Positions 27,001-35,887 of a stretch of DNA of 64,000 nt are shown one piece after another. The notes beneath the pieces were generated by a model. That model made no database searches. It saw only the letters and a list, made by a program, of their open reading frames with translations, and was not told where the DNA came from. Each line of letters starts with the position of its first letter. Positions within the stretch are counted from its first letter, which is position 1. The stretch is from a virus. Its lineage: Duplodnaviria > Heunggongvirae > Uroviricota > Caudoviricetes. The stretch is from positions 153,967 to 217,966 of the IMG/VR virus record IMGVR_UViG_3300042868_003731; one strand, 5' to 3'. A program made the translations under genes and the position numbers.

Positions 27001-27631
27001 TAATAGACGTCCGCTTAAAGATGATAGCGCCGTCAATCCATCGTTGTTCTTCGAACCCAATCTCTTTAAGAGCATCAGGAACGAGAGAAACATCTCCCCA
27101 GTTAATATCGTCCGCAATACAGTAACCACCAAGTTTTACTTGGCGCGCATACTTATTTACATCACGAATTGCTTGGATTGTATGCTGACCATCAATATAA
27201 AGAAAATCAATATCGAAGATAACAGGCGCATCGTCGCTTGGCTTTCGAATGATCTCTACGTACTTTCCACAGTCGTTTTCTTCCAAGACTGTAGTAAAGA
27301 CATTATAGATCCAAGGCATGTTGACGTTGGTCCAAAACTTGTAGTTGTCGCCGTCATAGCCCTTGGTTGCCTCTACGTTATCCCATGGATCAATCGCATA
27401 GAACTTGCCAGAGTTCATTCTCTTAAGTTCTAGAACTGCAGGAATGACACTCTTTCCACCATAGACGCCAATCTCTACGCATACCGGATCTTTCACGTGA
27501 GTAAAGATATCATCAATACAGTCAATAATACACCCAGCTTTGTTTAGAGAACACCAGCCCCACTCGCCAAAACGATTATCGAAGTCAGGATATATCTTTT
27601 CAATAAGGCGTTTACTTTCTTCCTTACTCAT
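26996..27631 (-). CDS. Class I SAM-dependent methyltransferase (CmcI-like O-methyltransferase fold)
   Basis: 'VCVEIGVYGGKSV' motif I, an acidic 'FYAIDPWD' motif II and a 'FLYIDGQH' motif. Confidence 0.55.
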   Translation of the reverse strand: MSKEESKRLIEKIYPDFDNRFGEWGWCSLNKAGCIIDCIDDIFTHVKDPVCVEIGVYGGKSVIPAVLELKRMNSGKFYAIDPWDNVEATKGYDGDNYKFWTNVNMPWIYNVFTTVLEENDCGKYVEIIRKPSDDAPVIFDIDFLYIDGQHTIQAIRDVNKYARQVKLGGYCIADDINWGDVSLVPDALKEIGFEEQRWIDGAIIFKRTSIK

Positions 27632-27876
27632 TAGATCATACCCAATGCAGCTTTGTACATCTCAAGAACTGCTTCTTCTTCGGCGATTGCATCTGCTTTA
27701 CGTTTACGAATGGCGATGATCTTCTTCATGACTTTCGTGTCGTATCCACGACCCTTAGCTTCTGCCATCAATTCCTTTTGAGAATTTGTGACGTCTTTCT
27801 TTTCTGACTCAAGCTGTTCGTAGCGTTCGATGAACTGACGAAGTTCATCGGCGGTTACGTTATATGCATCGTTCAT
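27631..27876 (-). CDS. gapR: GapR-like (DUF2312) nucleoid-associated DNA-binding protein
   Basis: 'LRQFIERYEQLESEKKDV..KELMAEAKGRGYDTKVMKKIIAIRKRKADAIAEEEAVLEMYKAALGMI' aligns along its whole length with Caulobacter GapR '[66 protein letters not shown]'. Confidence 0.8.
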   Translation of the reverse strand: MNDAYNVTADELRQFIERYEQLESEKKDVTNSQKELMAEAKGRGYDTKVMKKIIAIRKRKADAIAEEEAVLEMYKAALGMI

Positions 27877-28058
27877 ATCTCTTCTCCTTTTGTTAATTCA
27901 TTCAATCGAATGGTTGCAGTAACTGCGGCATCCAATTCTTCTCTTGTTTGGGACAGTGATACACAATCCCAAAGTTGTTCAAAGGAAACTCCACTGAAAA
28001 ACGCATTTCCAATCGAGCTTCCAATATAGTCATAGTCTGAGATCTTAAAGTCAGACAT
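27873..28058 (-). CDS. Hypothetical small protein
   Basis: ORF in the ATGA-coupled - strand series; no motif. Confidence 0.3.
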   Translation of the reverse strand: MSDFKISDYDYIGSSIGNAFFSGVSFEQLWDCVSLSQTREELDAAVTATIRLNELTKGEEI

Positions 28059-28470
28059 TCTTTACCTGTAGAACTCCCTCTTTTACGATAAGTGTTGCAT
28101 ATCGAGATTCATCAACCAAGCTAACTCTTGTATAGGATCGACCGCCGTCAATGAAAACAGAACCATCGGATGAGGATCGATAGTCGTGTCGAAACCTACT
28201 ATATACAATCTCGCCGTCATCAGCGATCACGGCAGAGATCTCTTGATCTTCAACGAATCCGCCGTTAGTAATATAGAGTTGATTATCTAGACTGCTAAAG
28301 TATAGGCCAAAGTATCGTCCGCCAGCAACATGCGCATCCTCTGAGTAGAATATCTCGATAGTCTTATCGTCTCTTTCGGTTGCGCATACATATCTTGCTC
28401 GCTTCAGATCTTCGATCTTTGCGATCTGTTCTCGGTTAAATAGAACCGGTTCGTTAAGGATCTTATTCAT
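28051..28470 (-). CDS. Hypothetical protein
   Basis: ORF with a plausible RBS context; no motif. Confidence 0.35.
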   Translation of the reverse strand: MNKILNEPVLFNREQIAKIEDLKRARYVCATERDDKTIEIFYSEDAHVAGGRYFGLYFSSLDNQLYITNGGFVEDQEISAVIADDGEIVYSRFRHDYRSSSDGSVFIDGGRSYTRVSLVDESRYATLIVKEGVLQVKNV

Positions 28471-28500
28471 AGTACTCTTTCTAAAGTAAAGAGAGGCTGC

Positions 28501-29457
28501 TCACGCAGCCTCTGCCATTTCTACTGCCAGGTTTAGAGCGTCAACCTTGCGCTTTGCGTTGGCACCGAACCAAGCCGACGAAAGACGAGTGTCGTTCGAA
28601 CGGCCGAGTTCATGGTCAGTCAGGTAGGTAACTGCGTTGAACATCTGCCAGAACGAACCCTTCTTGAACTCTGCGCCGGGCTGAGTCTCGACGACTTCGA
28701 GGGCACGTTCAGCGGTCGGCGACAGAAGCTTACCTTCCTTCGTCGACTCACCGAAGATCTTACCGAAGTACTTTTCCAGATCTTTCTGACCGTACTGCTT
28801 CGAACCAAGCAGTTCAGCAGCCGATTTGAAGGTTTCGACCTTACGGTGCGAGATGCCGAGCAGTTCTTTCACGCGCTCAGCGTCGAAGACCGAACGGTGG
28901 TTGACACGAACAGCAGCCTGACCGCTCTCAGCCAGAGCAACAGTCAGAGTGTTGTTGCAGACAACGCGCTCAAGTACGAAACGAACGTCGATCGACTTAC
29001 CGTACTGGTGCGGGTTGGAGAAGAGCAAGTAACCCTTCACTTCATCGCCACCGAACAGAGTGAAACCGTCACGAACATCTGCAAGAGCCCAGACGATACG
29101 ACCGTCGCGGAGCGAACCAGCGGTGTCCATCACCATGTCGCCTTTGGAAACAAAGTCGGTGAAGAAGTTAAAGGCTTCTTCGTTCTGAACCGGATTCCAA
29201 CCAGGACCGACCTGAGTCAGGATCTTACCGTCAGTTTCGCGAATGAGCGACTGCTGACCGGTCGGAATGCGCTTGCCGTTGAATTCGACGAAGGAGTCAA
29301 CCTTCTGAACATTCCAATCAAGGCCAGCGGCCTTCATCATTTCGGCAGGAGTCATATCGTCGCCAACCGGAGTACCAAGGCCATGCCAAGGTTTGCCTTT
29401 CGACGAGCGGTAAGCCATCTGGGCAACGCCGTCGATCATTTCAATCATGTGAGCCAT
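28501..29457 (-). CDS. DUF932-family phage/plasmid protein (TIGR03299-like); locally GC-elevated
   Basis: Overall resemblance to the DUF932 family ('KPWHGLG', 'WNVQKV', 'DGRIVWALA'). GC is about 55-58% against 43-45% in the flanks, which creates a 297-aa spurious antisense ORF. Confidence 0.5.
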   Translation of the reverse strand: MAHMIEMIDGVAQMAYRSSKGKPWHGLGTPVGDDMTPAEMMKAAGLDWNVQKVDSFVEFNGKRIPTGQQSLIRETDGKILTQVGPGWNPVQNEEAFNFFTDFVSKGDMVMDTAGSLRDGRIVWALADVRDGFTLFGGDEVKGYLLFSNPHQYGKSIDVRFVLERVVCNNTLTVALAESGQAAVRVNHRSVFDAERVKELLGISHRKVETFKSAAELLGSKQYGQKDLEKYFGKIFGESTKEGKLLSPTAERALEVVETQPGAEFKKGSFWQMFNAVTYLTDHELGRSNDTRLSSAWFGANAKRKVDALNLAVEMAEAA

Positions 29458-29479
29458 TCTGTAGACCTTTCAGTTTGTG

Positions 29480-29523
29480 TTCCTTACATTATTAGAATAC
29501 ACTGATTCTAAACGAATGTCAAC
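29480..29523 (-). promoter_or_regulatory. Conserved early promoter-leader cassette copy 1 (PeSL-like), serving the DUF932 gene
   Basis: - strand reads GTTGACA-17 nt-TATTCT-AATAATGTAAGGAAC then the leader and ATG. Nearly identical to copies at 31400, 45080 and 47490. Confidence 0.6.
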
Positions 29524-29538
29524 CATTAAATGAAAAAA

Positions 29539-29838
29539 TTAGTGCATAGTTGTAGAAGTCATAGGAATGAAATCAATCATCTTATGAGTATACTTTCCAT
29601 AACCATTCTTCACTAGGTATACGACACTAACGTATTCGTCTTTCGTGTCGACCGGAATTACTTTCCAGACTCCACGATCTCGTCCGAGAAAATCGTCGAT
29701 GTATAGATTCGCTTCATCCTCGGTATCAAATGCGATTGCCTTTGAGAGACCTATGACATCATTCTTAGCAAAGATTCCATACTTCTGGAACGCGCCCAGA
29801 AAGAAACCTAGATCTTCTTCTGCAATCGCGTATCTCAT
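29539..29838 (-). CDS. Hypothetical protein
   Basis: ORF; no motif. Confidence 0.35.
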   Translation of the reverse strand: MRYAIAEEDLGFFLGAFQKYGIFAKNDVIGLSKAIAFDTEDEANLYIDDFLGRDRGVWKVIPVDTKDEYVSVVYLVKNGYGKYTHKMIDFIPMTSTTMH

Positions 29839-30395
29839 TAAGCTGCTACTTTAAACCACTCAGGGATATCACGTTTAGTCCACACCATTTTGAACCTTGC
29901 TTGTTTCGTCTGATAGAACTCTCGATAAGAACGAACAGGATCGTTAGGGAACATGCACTCAGGATTAGCTTTCATTGCGAGCGGCTGCTGAGTTAGATAT
30001 CCGATAGGAATGTTTCGTGGTAGTTCCTTCAGCTTTTCGCGAAGAAGTTTGTCAGTCGAATGAACCTTGCCATAACGATAGGTGTACTCGTCGCAGAGAG
30101 CAGCGAAGTGAACCCAGTGCCAAGTGTAGTTGTTATTCGACTGAGTAGTCCATACGGTACAAGGGTGCGCCATGTGAACTGCTTTGTATAGAATATGTTC
30201 GCGCTCATCAGGAAGAGTCCAATGCTTTGACATCGTCTTACCCGACTTCGATGGCGCACGTTTAAGAACACCATCAAGCATACGATGCGCAGTCGACAAC
30301 ATCTGTGCCGACTCCACGATCATTTTGACTACGTGCTTATCACACTGCAGTTGCGCTGCGACAACTGGGTCTTTATCCAAAATAAAAAGATTCAT
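29838..30395 (-). CDS. Possible pyrimidine-dimer DNA glycosylase (DenV / Pyr_excise-like); uncertain
   Basis: N-terminus 'MNLFILDKDPVVAAQLQCDKHVVKMIVESAQML' resembles the 'MRLWSLHPKYLD..GLVA.WREALLAQ' start of bacterial/phage pyrimidine-dimer glycosylases. This is weak pattern-level recognition only. Confidence 0.3.
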   Translation of the reverse strand: MNLFILDKDPVVAAQLQCDKHVVKMIVESAQMLSTAHRMLDGVLKRAPSKSGKTMSKHWTLPDEREHILYKAVHMAHPCTVWTTQSNNNYTWHWVHFAALCDEYTYRYGKVHSTDKLLREKLKELPRNIPIGYLTQQPLAMKANPECMFPNDPVRSYREFYQTKQARFKMVWTKRDIPEWFKVAA

Positions 30396-30608
30396 GATGA
30401 TTTATCCAAAAAGATGCATTCCTGACAAGAACCAGGCAATGAGAATGAACCCCATCCGCCCAGTGAAATAATGCTTACGTATTTTCATTCTACGCTGAAA
30501 GTCACTTACTGTAAACTGAAAAATGCTGTCCAATAGCGCAATGAAGATAAAAAAGATCCAACAACAAATGCGATCCATGCAACAATAGTCGTGAACATAG
30601 GATTTCCT

Positions 30609-30812
30609 CTATAGTTTATACTTAATCTGATTTACACCTAGAATGCCAAGTTCTACGCTCTTTACGTGATTGCACTTTGCAAAGTGGCGCTTCTTGCAGT
30701 TACAAGAAAAGCCATTCGCATGCATCTCTACTTGGCATCCACGAAACTTCCAGACATATCCAATGAACTGGTGTCCATTCGTATTGATTGACTTAGACTG
30801 AAACAGCGTCAT
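30609..30812 (-). CDS. Small SWIM-type zinc-finger protein
   Basis: 'FSCNCKKRHFAKCNHV' fits CxCxnCxH. Confidence 0.4.
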   Translation of the reverse strand: MTLFQSKSINTNGHQFIGYVWKFRGCQVEMHANGFSCNCKKRHFAKCNHVKSVELGILGVNQIKYKL

Positions 30813-31009
30813 TCGAATTCACAGACGAGTTCTTCGTGATAGTAGCAGTCGTCTACATATTCAGGATCGTAATCCTTTTCATGAGCTTGCTGAGTATGAT
30901 ACTGATGGCGAGCAAAGTCAGCTTCGGCTTCAAGATGAGCTTTCAGCTCGGGGTCCATCGAAGAGCAAGCCGACATAGTCAAAGCAAAGAGAACGATTGC
31001 GTATTTCAT
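30809..31009 (-). CDS. Small putative lipoprotein
   Basis: N-terminus 'MKYAIVLFALTMSAC' is signal-peptide plus lipobox-like (L-T-M-S-A-C). Confidence 0.4.
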   Translation of the reverse strand: MKYAIVLFALTMSACSSMDPELKAHLEAEADFARHQYHTQQAHEKDYDPEYVDDCYYHEELVCEFE

Positions 31010-31023
31010 GATGTTTCTTTCGA

Positions 31024-31383
31024 TTAAGCTGCGAAGCGGATCTTAGTCATCATTTCGGTGCACTTATAGAGCTTACCGTCTGCAGCGTTACGATAGACGA
31101 ACGGCATCTTCGGGGCGCGAGTGTTATAGTCAACGAGCTCGTCACCTGCTTTATTCTTCAGCTTGATGCCGAGAGCAGCTACACGAGACTCAAGGATCAC
31201 ATTGGTGAGAGTCTTTGCACCTTTGACCTTCGCTTTGACTTTAATCTCAACTTCGTTCGCGCTGAACTTCATATTGCCGACTTCAAACTCAAGGTTCGAG
31301 TCAACGCCGTACTTATTCAGAAGAACGGCCATCTCGGCACGAAGAGCATTCAGATTGGTACGGTCAAACTTGGAGAATTTCAT
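31024..31383 (-). CDS. Hypothetical protein
   Basis: First ORF downstream of cassette copy 2; AGGAGG RBS. Confidence 0.4.
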   Translation of the reverse strand: MKFSKFDRTNLNALRAEMAVLLNKYGVDSNLEFEVGNMKFSANEVEIKVKAKVKGAKTLTNVILESRVAALGIKLKNKAGDELVDYNTRAPKMPFVYRNAADGKLYKCTEMMTKIRFAA

Positions 31384-31399
31384 AGGAGGTTCCTTTCGT

Positions 31400-31443
31400 T
31401 CCTTACATTATTAGAATACACTGATTCTAAACGAATGTCAACT
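31400..31443 (-). promoter_or_regulatory. Conserved early promoter-leader cassette copy 2 (PeSL-like)
   Basis: 44/44 identity to copy 1. Confidence 0.6.
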
Positions 31444-31448
31444 ACTTT

Positions 31449-31679
31449 TTAGATTTCTCGGATTGCGTCGAGGATATGTTGATAGTCGATGTCACCTAGT
31501 ACTTGAGAGACGAGTTCCTCGAGGCAGTCTTGACTGTTAGACGAGAACTGATAGAGAGGGTTACCGCCGGCAGGGCCGTATTCCATGATAAGAAGAGCGG
31601 TGCAGCCGTGTTCGGTTGCGAACTGATGAATGGATTCTTGCGAGGCTTCGGCGGAGATGTCGAGTTCGGCGACGTACAT
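31449..31679 (-). CDS. Hypothetical acidic protein
   Basis: ORF downstream of a cassette variant. Confidence 0.35.
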   Translation of the reverse strand: MYVAELDISAEASQESIHQFATEHGCTALLIMEYGPAGGNPLYQFSSNSQDCLEELVSQVLGDIDYQHILDAIREI

Positions 31680-31711
31680 GGTGTATCCTTTCGTTTGATA
31701 TAGAACAGTCT

Positions 31712-31737
31712 ATACTGATTCTGAACGAATGTCAACC
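31712..31737 (-). promoter_or_regulatory. Degenerate cassette variant (TTGACA-17-TAGACT)
   Basis: Shares the core GTTGACATTCGTTCAGAATCAGTATA with the other copies; the leader differs. Confidence 0.4.
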
Positions 31738-32403
31738 GTTTTCATGAAGAAGTTTGTACTTTTTTCGAACCTTTAAGAACTCTGGCAAGTAATCGTATGT
31801 GTTGACTTTAAAGACTTGTGGCTCTGAGTCGTCAACCATTATGACTATGGCAGCTTGCTTGATAGGTATGCCAGTCATCTCGTAGAAAGCAGCCGCATAG
31901 AACGCAGCCTGAATGAAATACCCAAGGATCCATTCCTTCTTCTTTTCTTTTCTTGATGTTTTGAAATCTATGATAGAGAGTTCGCCGTCGAACTCGGCTA
32001 TACAGTCAGTCTGACCTGCGCACTTTAGGCTATCGCTGTATAGAAAGGTTTCTTGGAACCATACATTGTTTACTCTTTCATCAAGTATCTTTTTGATCTG
32101 ATTGAACGAGAATAGGTTCCCCGGCATATGATCTTTTTGCCATTCTGGTTCGTTATTGAGATAGTCCTCGGCTAGCTTGTGTACTGCGGTACCTCGCCCT
32201 GCGGCTTGTTTAGAGATACGGTTCGCTTCTTCTTCGCCGACTCTCTTACGCCATTCGATTAGGCCATCTTTGTCCATAACAGACAAAACCGTCGTGATTG
32301 ACGGATACGCATTGCCTTCTGGCGTATAATACTTTCTTCCACTTTCGGTAGTCTTCCTAGTGATAACAGGAAGCACCAACCCATGATCTACGTGTTGAAA
32401 CAT
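31732..32403 (-). CDS. PD-(D/E)XK nuclease (RecB/Cas4-like exonuclease fold)
   Basis: 'GTAVHKLAE' with 'DCIAEFDGELSIIDFKTSRK' (D..E.K core). Confidence 0.5.
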   Translation of the reverse strand: MFQHVDHGLVLPVITRKTTESGRKYYTPEGNAYPSITTVLSVMDKDGLIEWRKRVGEEEANRISKQAAGRGTAVHKLAEDYLNNEPEWQKDHMPGNLFSFNQIKKILDERVNNVWFQETFLYSDSLKCAGQTDCIAEFDGELSIIDFKTSRKEKKKEWILGYFIQAAFYAAAFYEMTGIPIKQAAIVIMVDDSEPQVFKVNTYDYLPEFLKVRKKYKLLHENG

Positions 32404-32709
32404 TCACCCTCCGCATGATACTTTACCTGACCCAGTTGCCACAGACCCAGCGTCGGCCGAGTCTCCTACACGCGCAACCGGTATTCCTGCTATCGTTACT
32501 TTTGAAGAACCCGCATTGATAACAGAAGAATGCGGGACACAAACTGGTCCCGCATTAATAGTATGAGGTGCAATTGCATCACCTTGCACAGCGACTCTCT
32601 TTCCACCTATCGTAACCTTTGTCTGAAGAGAACCTTGTATGAGAGCGGTGCCGTCACAACCGTGACCGGTGGTGATCGTATCAACAGTACAGACGGCAAC
32701 CGCTGGCAT
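32404..32709 (-). CDS. PAAR-repeat spike-tip protein (T4 gp5.4-like)
   Basis: 101 aa, Gly/Val-rich, with repeated 'GxxVxxGxxxV' beta-strand units and His/Cys ligands (HGCDG...CVPHS). Confidence 0.65.
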   Translation of the reverse strand: MPAVAVCTVDTITTGHGCDGTALIQGSLQTKVTIGGKRVAVQGDAIAPHTINAGPVCVPHSSVINAGSSKVTIAGIPVARVGDSADAGSVATGSGKVSCGG

Positions 32710-32724
32710 ACGTAATTCTCCTCT

Positions 32725-33474
32725 TTACGCGTAGTCTAAAACTTTTTCTTCTGCGAGGATAAACGACTTCACGAGACCAGATCTTACGATGTCATCGACT
32801 GTGAATTCTATCGTTTTAAACTCTCTTATCTCTTTCAACACATTGATAAAGCTCGATAGTCCAGAGCGATCCAATCGGTTCTTAGAATTTCGAAGGTCGT
32901 CCTGCTTCGTATCACCACAGAAAATAATCTTAGAAGACTCGCCAACACGAGTCATAATTGATCTTATTTCTTCGTATGTCATGTTCTGGCATTCGTCAAC
33001 TACGATGACTGAGTTATCGAAAGTAAGACCACGAACAAACGAAGAGCTCATGAATTCGATGCATCCTTGCTGTTTCATAATGCTATAGCCATCAGATCTT
33101 CCAAACAAATCGTTTACTATATCTATATATGGCGTCTCATAGTATGCTATTTTTTCCTTAAGACTACCTGGCATAAATCCTTGATCGCGAGTCTGAACCG
33201 CAGATCGAATGACTATGACCTTTTCGTAGTTCTTTGTCTCCATCACGTCGTTCAACGCGAGATAGAGAGCACACATTGTTTTACCTGTTCCTGCTGTTCC
33301 GATGGCCGCTATGTTGTATCCTTGTTTATAATCGTCGAATAGCATCTCTTGAGTTGAAGTAATTGGTTGTATCTTTTTCATTGTGAACTTCTGATTAACT
33401 ACGTTCACTATATTATCTAGATTTCTTTCATGTCTTCTTTTTTCTTTTCGAGATAGACGACGTGATACTACCAT
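32725..33474 (-). CDS. phoH: PhoH-like phosphate-starvation-inducible ATPase
   Basis: Walker A 'GTAGTGKT', 'VIVVDECQNMT' (DExx box) and 'IIFCGDTKQDD' are typical of PhoH. Confidence 0.85.
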   Translation of the reverse strand: MVVSRRLSRKEKRRHERNLDNIVNVVNQKFTMKKIQPITSTQEMLFDDYKQGYNIAAIGTAGTGKTMCALYLALNDVMETKNYEKVIVIRSAVQTRDQGFMPGSLKEKIAYYETPYIDIVNDLFGRSDGYSIMKQQGCIEFMSSSFVRGLTFDNSVIVVDECQNMTYEEIRSIMTRVGESSKIIFCGDTKQDDLRNSKNRLDRSGLSSFINVLKEIREFKTIEFTVDDIVRSGLVKSFILAEEKVLDYA

Positions 33475-33490
33475 GCGGCCTCCTTATGAC

Positions 33491-33724
33491 TTAAAAGTCA
33501 TTGATTGTGTTATGTTTATGAACCTTTGCTTTTTTCAACACATCACGAAAATTATCATCGGGCTTGCGAATGCCGATGCGTACCGAGTCAACTGTCCCCG
33601 GGAATCGAGTAAATATTTGTACTATGTGGGAGTTGTTTTTTAGATACTCATCAAGCTCAGAGTATCGCATTGTAGCTTCGTATTCTTCTTTAGTTTCAGT
33701 ATCTCTAAAGCTATATACCGGCAT
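33491..33724 (-). CDS. Hypothetical protein
   Basis: ORF immediately upstream of phoH in the same transcription direction. Confidence 0.35.
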   Translation of the reverse strand: MPVYSFRDTETKEEYEATMRYSELDEYLKNNSHIVQIFTRFPGTVDSVRIGIRKPDDNFRDVLKKAKVHKHNTINDF

Positions 33725-33742
33725 TTAGTCTCCTGTTAATAA

Positions 33743-33763
33743 CAAAGGGCGATCCCGCAAGAT
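33743..33763 (-). terminator. Possible intrinsic terminator/attenuator between the HAD gene and the next gene
   Basis: - strand GGCGATC-UUGCGG-GAUCGCC followed by CUUUGUUAUU. The U-tract is imperfect. Confidence 0.3.
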
Positions 33764-33808
33764 CGCCACATCATGATATAGATCTGCTTAATTGTATTTA
33801 TTCCTGTA

Positions 33809-34441
33809 CTACTCTGAGTCTACGACGATATCGTAGATTTGTTTCCAATTATTTACTCTTAGGTACTGAGGTTCATCAAATGGATGTTCAATGTAATTTA
33901 GGTTGTATGAATGATTGATGAGAATTGATCGCAGGCCAAGTTCGTGCCCCATGATAGCATTCGATACTTTATCCTCTACCCAGTAGAGTCTAGAGTCTTT
34001 GTACTCTTCAAGGATTGGTCTCTTTGCCCTACTTGACTCTGTACATACAAGCCGTTTAATCACATTAGAACCAAAGAGATCGTTAAGATTCTTGAGGCGA
34101 AGATCATGTACGCGATGATGAGTACCACAGGCAGTGATGCAATGGAATACATATCCGTGCTCTTCGTGTAGCTTTCGAATGTACTTAATCGCATCTTTCA
34201 GAGGAGGTAGATGGCCTAGGTGGATACTCTCGTTAAACATATCGACCATAAAGTCAGCTTGCTGTTTACTGATACCATAGAGATCTTCAATCTCATATAC
34301 GTCGTCGCGATACAACCACGGATGAATATTATTATCTCTTTCGACAACGTTTTCGAAACCGTGTCTCTCCATGAAATTGTTGAATTCGTTTTTCCAAACA
34401 ACCATACAACCATCGACGTCAGATAGTATCACCTTAGACAT
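33809..34441 (-). CDS. HAD-superfamily hydrolase (putative nucleotidase/phosphatase)
   Basis: N-terminal 'ILSDVDGCMV' matches HAD motif I (DxDG). Confidence 0.45.
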   Translation of the reverse strand: MSKVILSDVDGCMVVWKNEFNNFMERHGFENVVERDNNIHPWLYRDDVYEIEDLYGISKQQADFMVDMFNESIHLGHLPPLKDAIKYIRKLHEEHGYVFHCITACGTHHRVHDLRLKNLNDLFGSNVIKRLVCTESSRAKRPILEEYKDSRLYWVEDKVSNAIMGHELGLRSILINHSYNLNYIEHPFDEPQYLRVNNWKQIYDIVVDSE

Positions 34442-34443
34442 TA

Positions 34444-34596
34444 ATCATCAGCCTTTTCATCAAATCGAGAAAATTTCTCAGCGGTCTTTTTTCGACGCTG
34501 ATCGCGACGTTTCTGAAGTTCACGATCCTTGTCATCAGAATCGTCATTCCAATCATCATCCCACTGCTCGCGGAATTTCTTAAACGACTTTGCCAT
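34444..34596 (-). CDS. Unannotated small acidic/basic protein (~50 aa; MAKSFKKFREQWDDDWNDD...)
   Basis: My own translation of a gap not covered by the >=60-aa ORF track; coordinates +/-3. Confidence 0.25.
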
Positions 34597-35026
34597 CTTG
34601 TTCCTCTTTTACTCCTTCGATTAATCCTGGGAACGATTGTACTATAACACTTCGAGGCAGACCTGTCAATGGTTTTTGTGCAATCATCTTACACAAAAGT
34701 TCTGCATCACCATTATCAATATCTTCTAAAAGACTGATGAAAAGGTTTTCGCGTTTGACTTGATTAAGAGTATCGTAGCCGCCACCCTTCACAAAGATAC
34801 GAAGACGTCTTGCTTCTTTCAAAAGCATACCTTCAACGCCGATGTAGCTGTTCTTCTTCCAAGGCGGAGGAGTGTTTGGAATAAGGAATTCCACACTCTT
34901 ATCATAGGTGTTCTTAAGTATTGTTCGAAGTGGAACAGAATCATTCTTACGAAGCCATTCGATCTTTTCTTGATTCGTCTTTAGTTCTGCCGCTTTATTT
35001 ACAATTTCCGATAGGGAGAGTAACAT
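34580..35026 (-). CDS. Hypothetical protein
   Basis: Directly downstream of rnh; no motif. Confidence 0.35.
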   Translation of the reverse strand: MLLSLSEIVNKAAELKTNQEKIEWLRKNDSVPLRTILKNTYDKSVEFLIPNTPPPWKKNSYIGVEGMLLKEARRLRIFVKGGGYDTLNQVKRENLFISLLEDIDNGDAELLCKMIAQKPLTGLPRSVIVQSFPGLIEGVKEEQDGKVV

Positions 35027-35887
35027 TCAAAAGTCCTGTATATCAGTGATTAAATTTTTAAGTTTGTTCTTCATAAAGTAATCAAATAGTTGAGATCTCC
35101 CAACTTCTTTATCCACGCTGTAGTCTTCAAGGATTTTCTTTTTATAAGCATCTGGAATCTCAGTCAGATCAATCATCATCTTATTACGATGATAGTTTCT
35201 AACTGTATTTTCATCCATGTGATCAGGGCCTTTCAAAAAATTGGCCAGGCGATTCGCAGTCATCATTTTTTGGCGTTCACCAATCGCAAGACAGTTGTCT
35301 GGAGATAGAATGTTCGGTACACCGTCACCGCTGTCGCCTTTAATGATATGTTCCATGAGGTATTTATCGGGATCTGAATTCTGAACCCATTTCTTGCGAA
35401 CCGGATCGTACTGCTTTACGTTTGCATACTTATGCAATTGGATGTAGTCTTTATCACCCGAAAGGATAAGGAACTGCTCAGCGCCGATGTTTAGTTCTGT
35501 TCCATGCTCATGGACGACAGCACCGATGATGTCGTCTGCTTCACAGTGGTCGATATGAATGACCTTATAAGGGAAGTGATCTTTAAGCTCAGAACGAATG
35601 GTATTGATCATTCGAAACAGTTCGTTCCAATCGAGCTCAGACTCTTCACGAGACTTTCTGCGGTTTGCTTTGTAGTAAGGAAAGGTTTCTCGCCGCCAAG
35701 AGTTCTTACCGTCGGCGCAGATAACGATCTCACCGAACTCTTTATGAAACTTTTTTCGGTTTGAACGGATTGAGTTTAGAAACATATGACGAAGAAGATT
35801 TTCATCCAAGTCAATGTTGTGGTGATTGCCGATACCGACAAATAGTGATGCTAGGATCACTTGGTTGAAGTCAATGAGTATTGCCAT
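35027..35887 (-). CDS. rnh: RNase H / FEN-like 5'-3' exonuclease
   Basis: 'LIDFNQVILASL', 'MFLNSIRSNRKKF', 'REESELDWNE', 'VIHIDHCEADDIIGAVV' and 'LHKYANVKQYDPVRKKWV' parallel T4 RNase H ('LIDFSQIALSTA', 'LILNSIKFNVKKA', 'REESTWDWEG', 'IVMDIDKYEADDHIAVLV', 'LHKYPNVKQWSPMHKKWV'). Confidence 0.85.
   Translation of the reverse strand: MAILIDFNQVILASLFVGIGNHHNIDLDENLLRHMFLNSIRSNRKKFHKEFGEIVICADGKNSWRRETFPYYKANRRKSREESELDWNELFRMINTIRSELKDHFPYKVIHIDHCEADDIIGAVVHEHGTELNIGAEQFLILSGDKDYIQLHKYANVKQYDPVRKKWVQNSDPDKYLMEHIIKGDSGDGVPNILSPDNCLAIGERQKMMTANRLANFLKGPDHMDENTVRNYHRNKMMIDLTEIPDAYKKKILEDYSVDKEVGRSQLFDYFMKNKLKNLITDIQDF

Noticed and set aside
26699-27433. 244-aa + strand ORF downstream of gp23
   Set aside because: It runs through both terminators and is antisense to the methyltransferase gene, which carries a clear motif I.
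28612-29505. 297-aa + strand ORF
   Set aside because: Antisense to the DUF932 gene. It exists only because the region is GC-rich and stop-poor, and it has no RBS or motif.
29480-29523. Reading the repeated cassette as a transposon end or att site
   Set aside because: The copies are all in the same orientation relative to downstream genes and carry promoter hexamers with an RBS leader. There are no flanking target-site duplications and no transposase.
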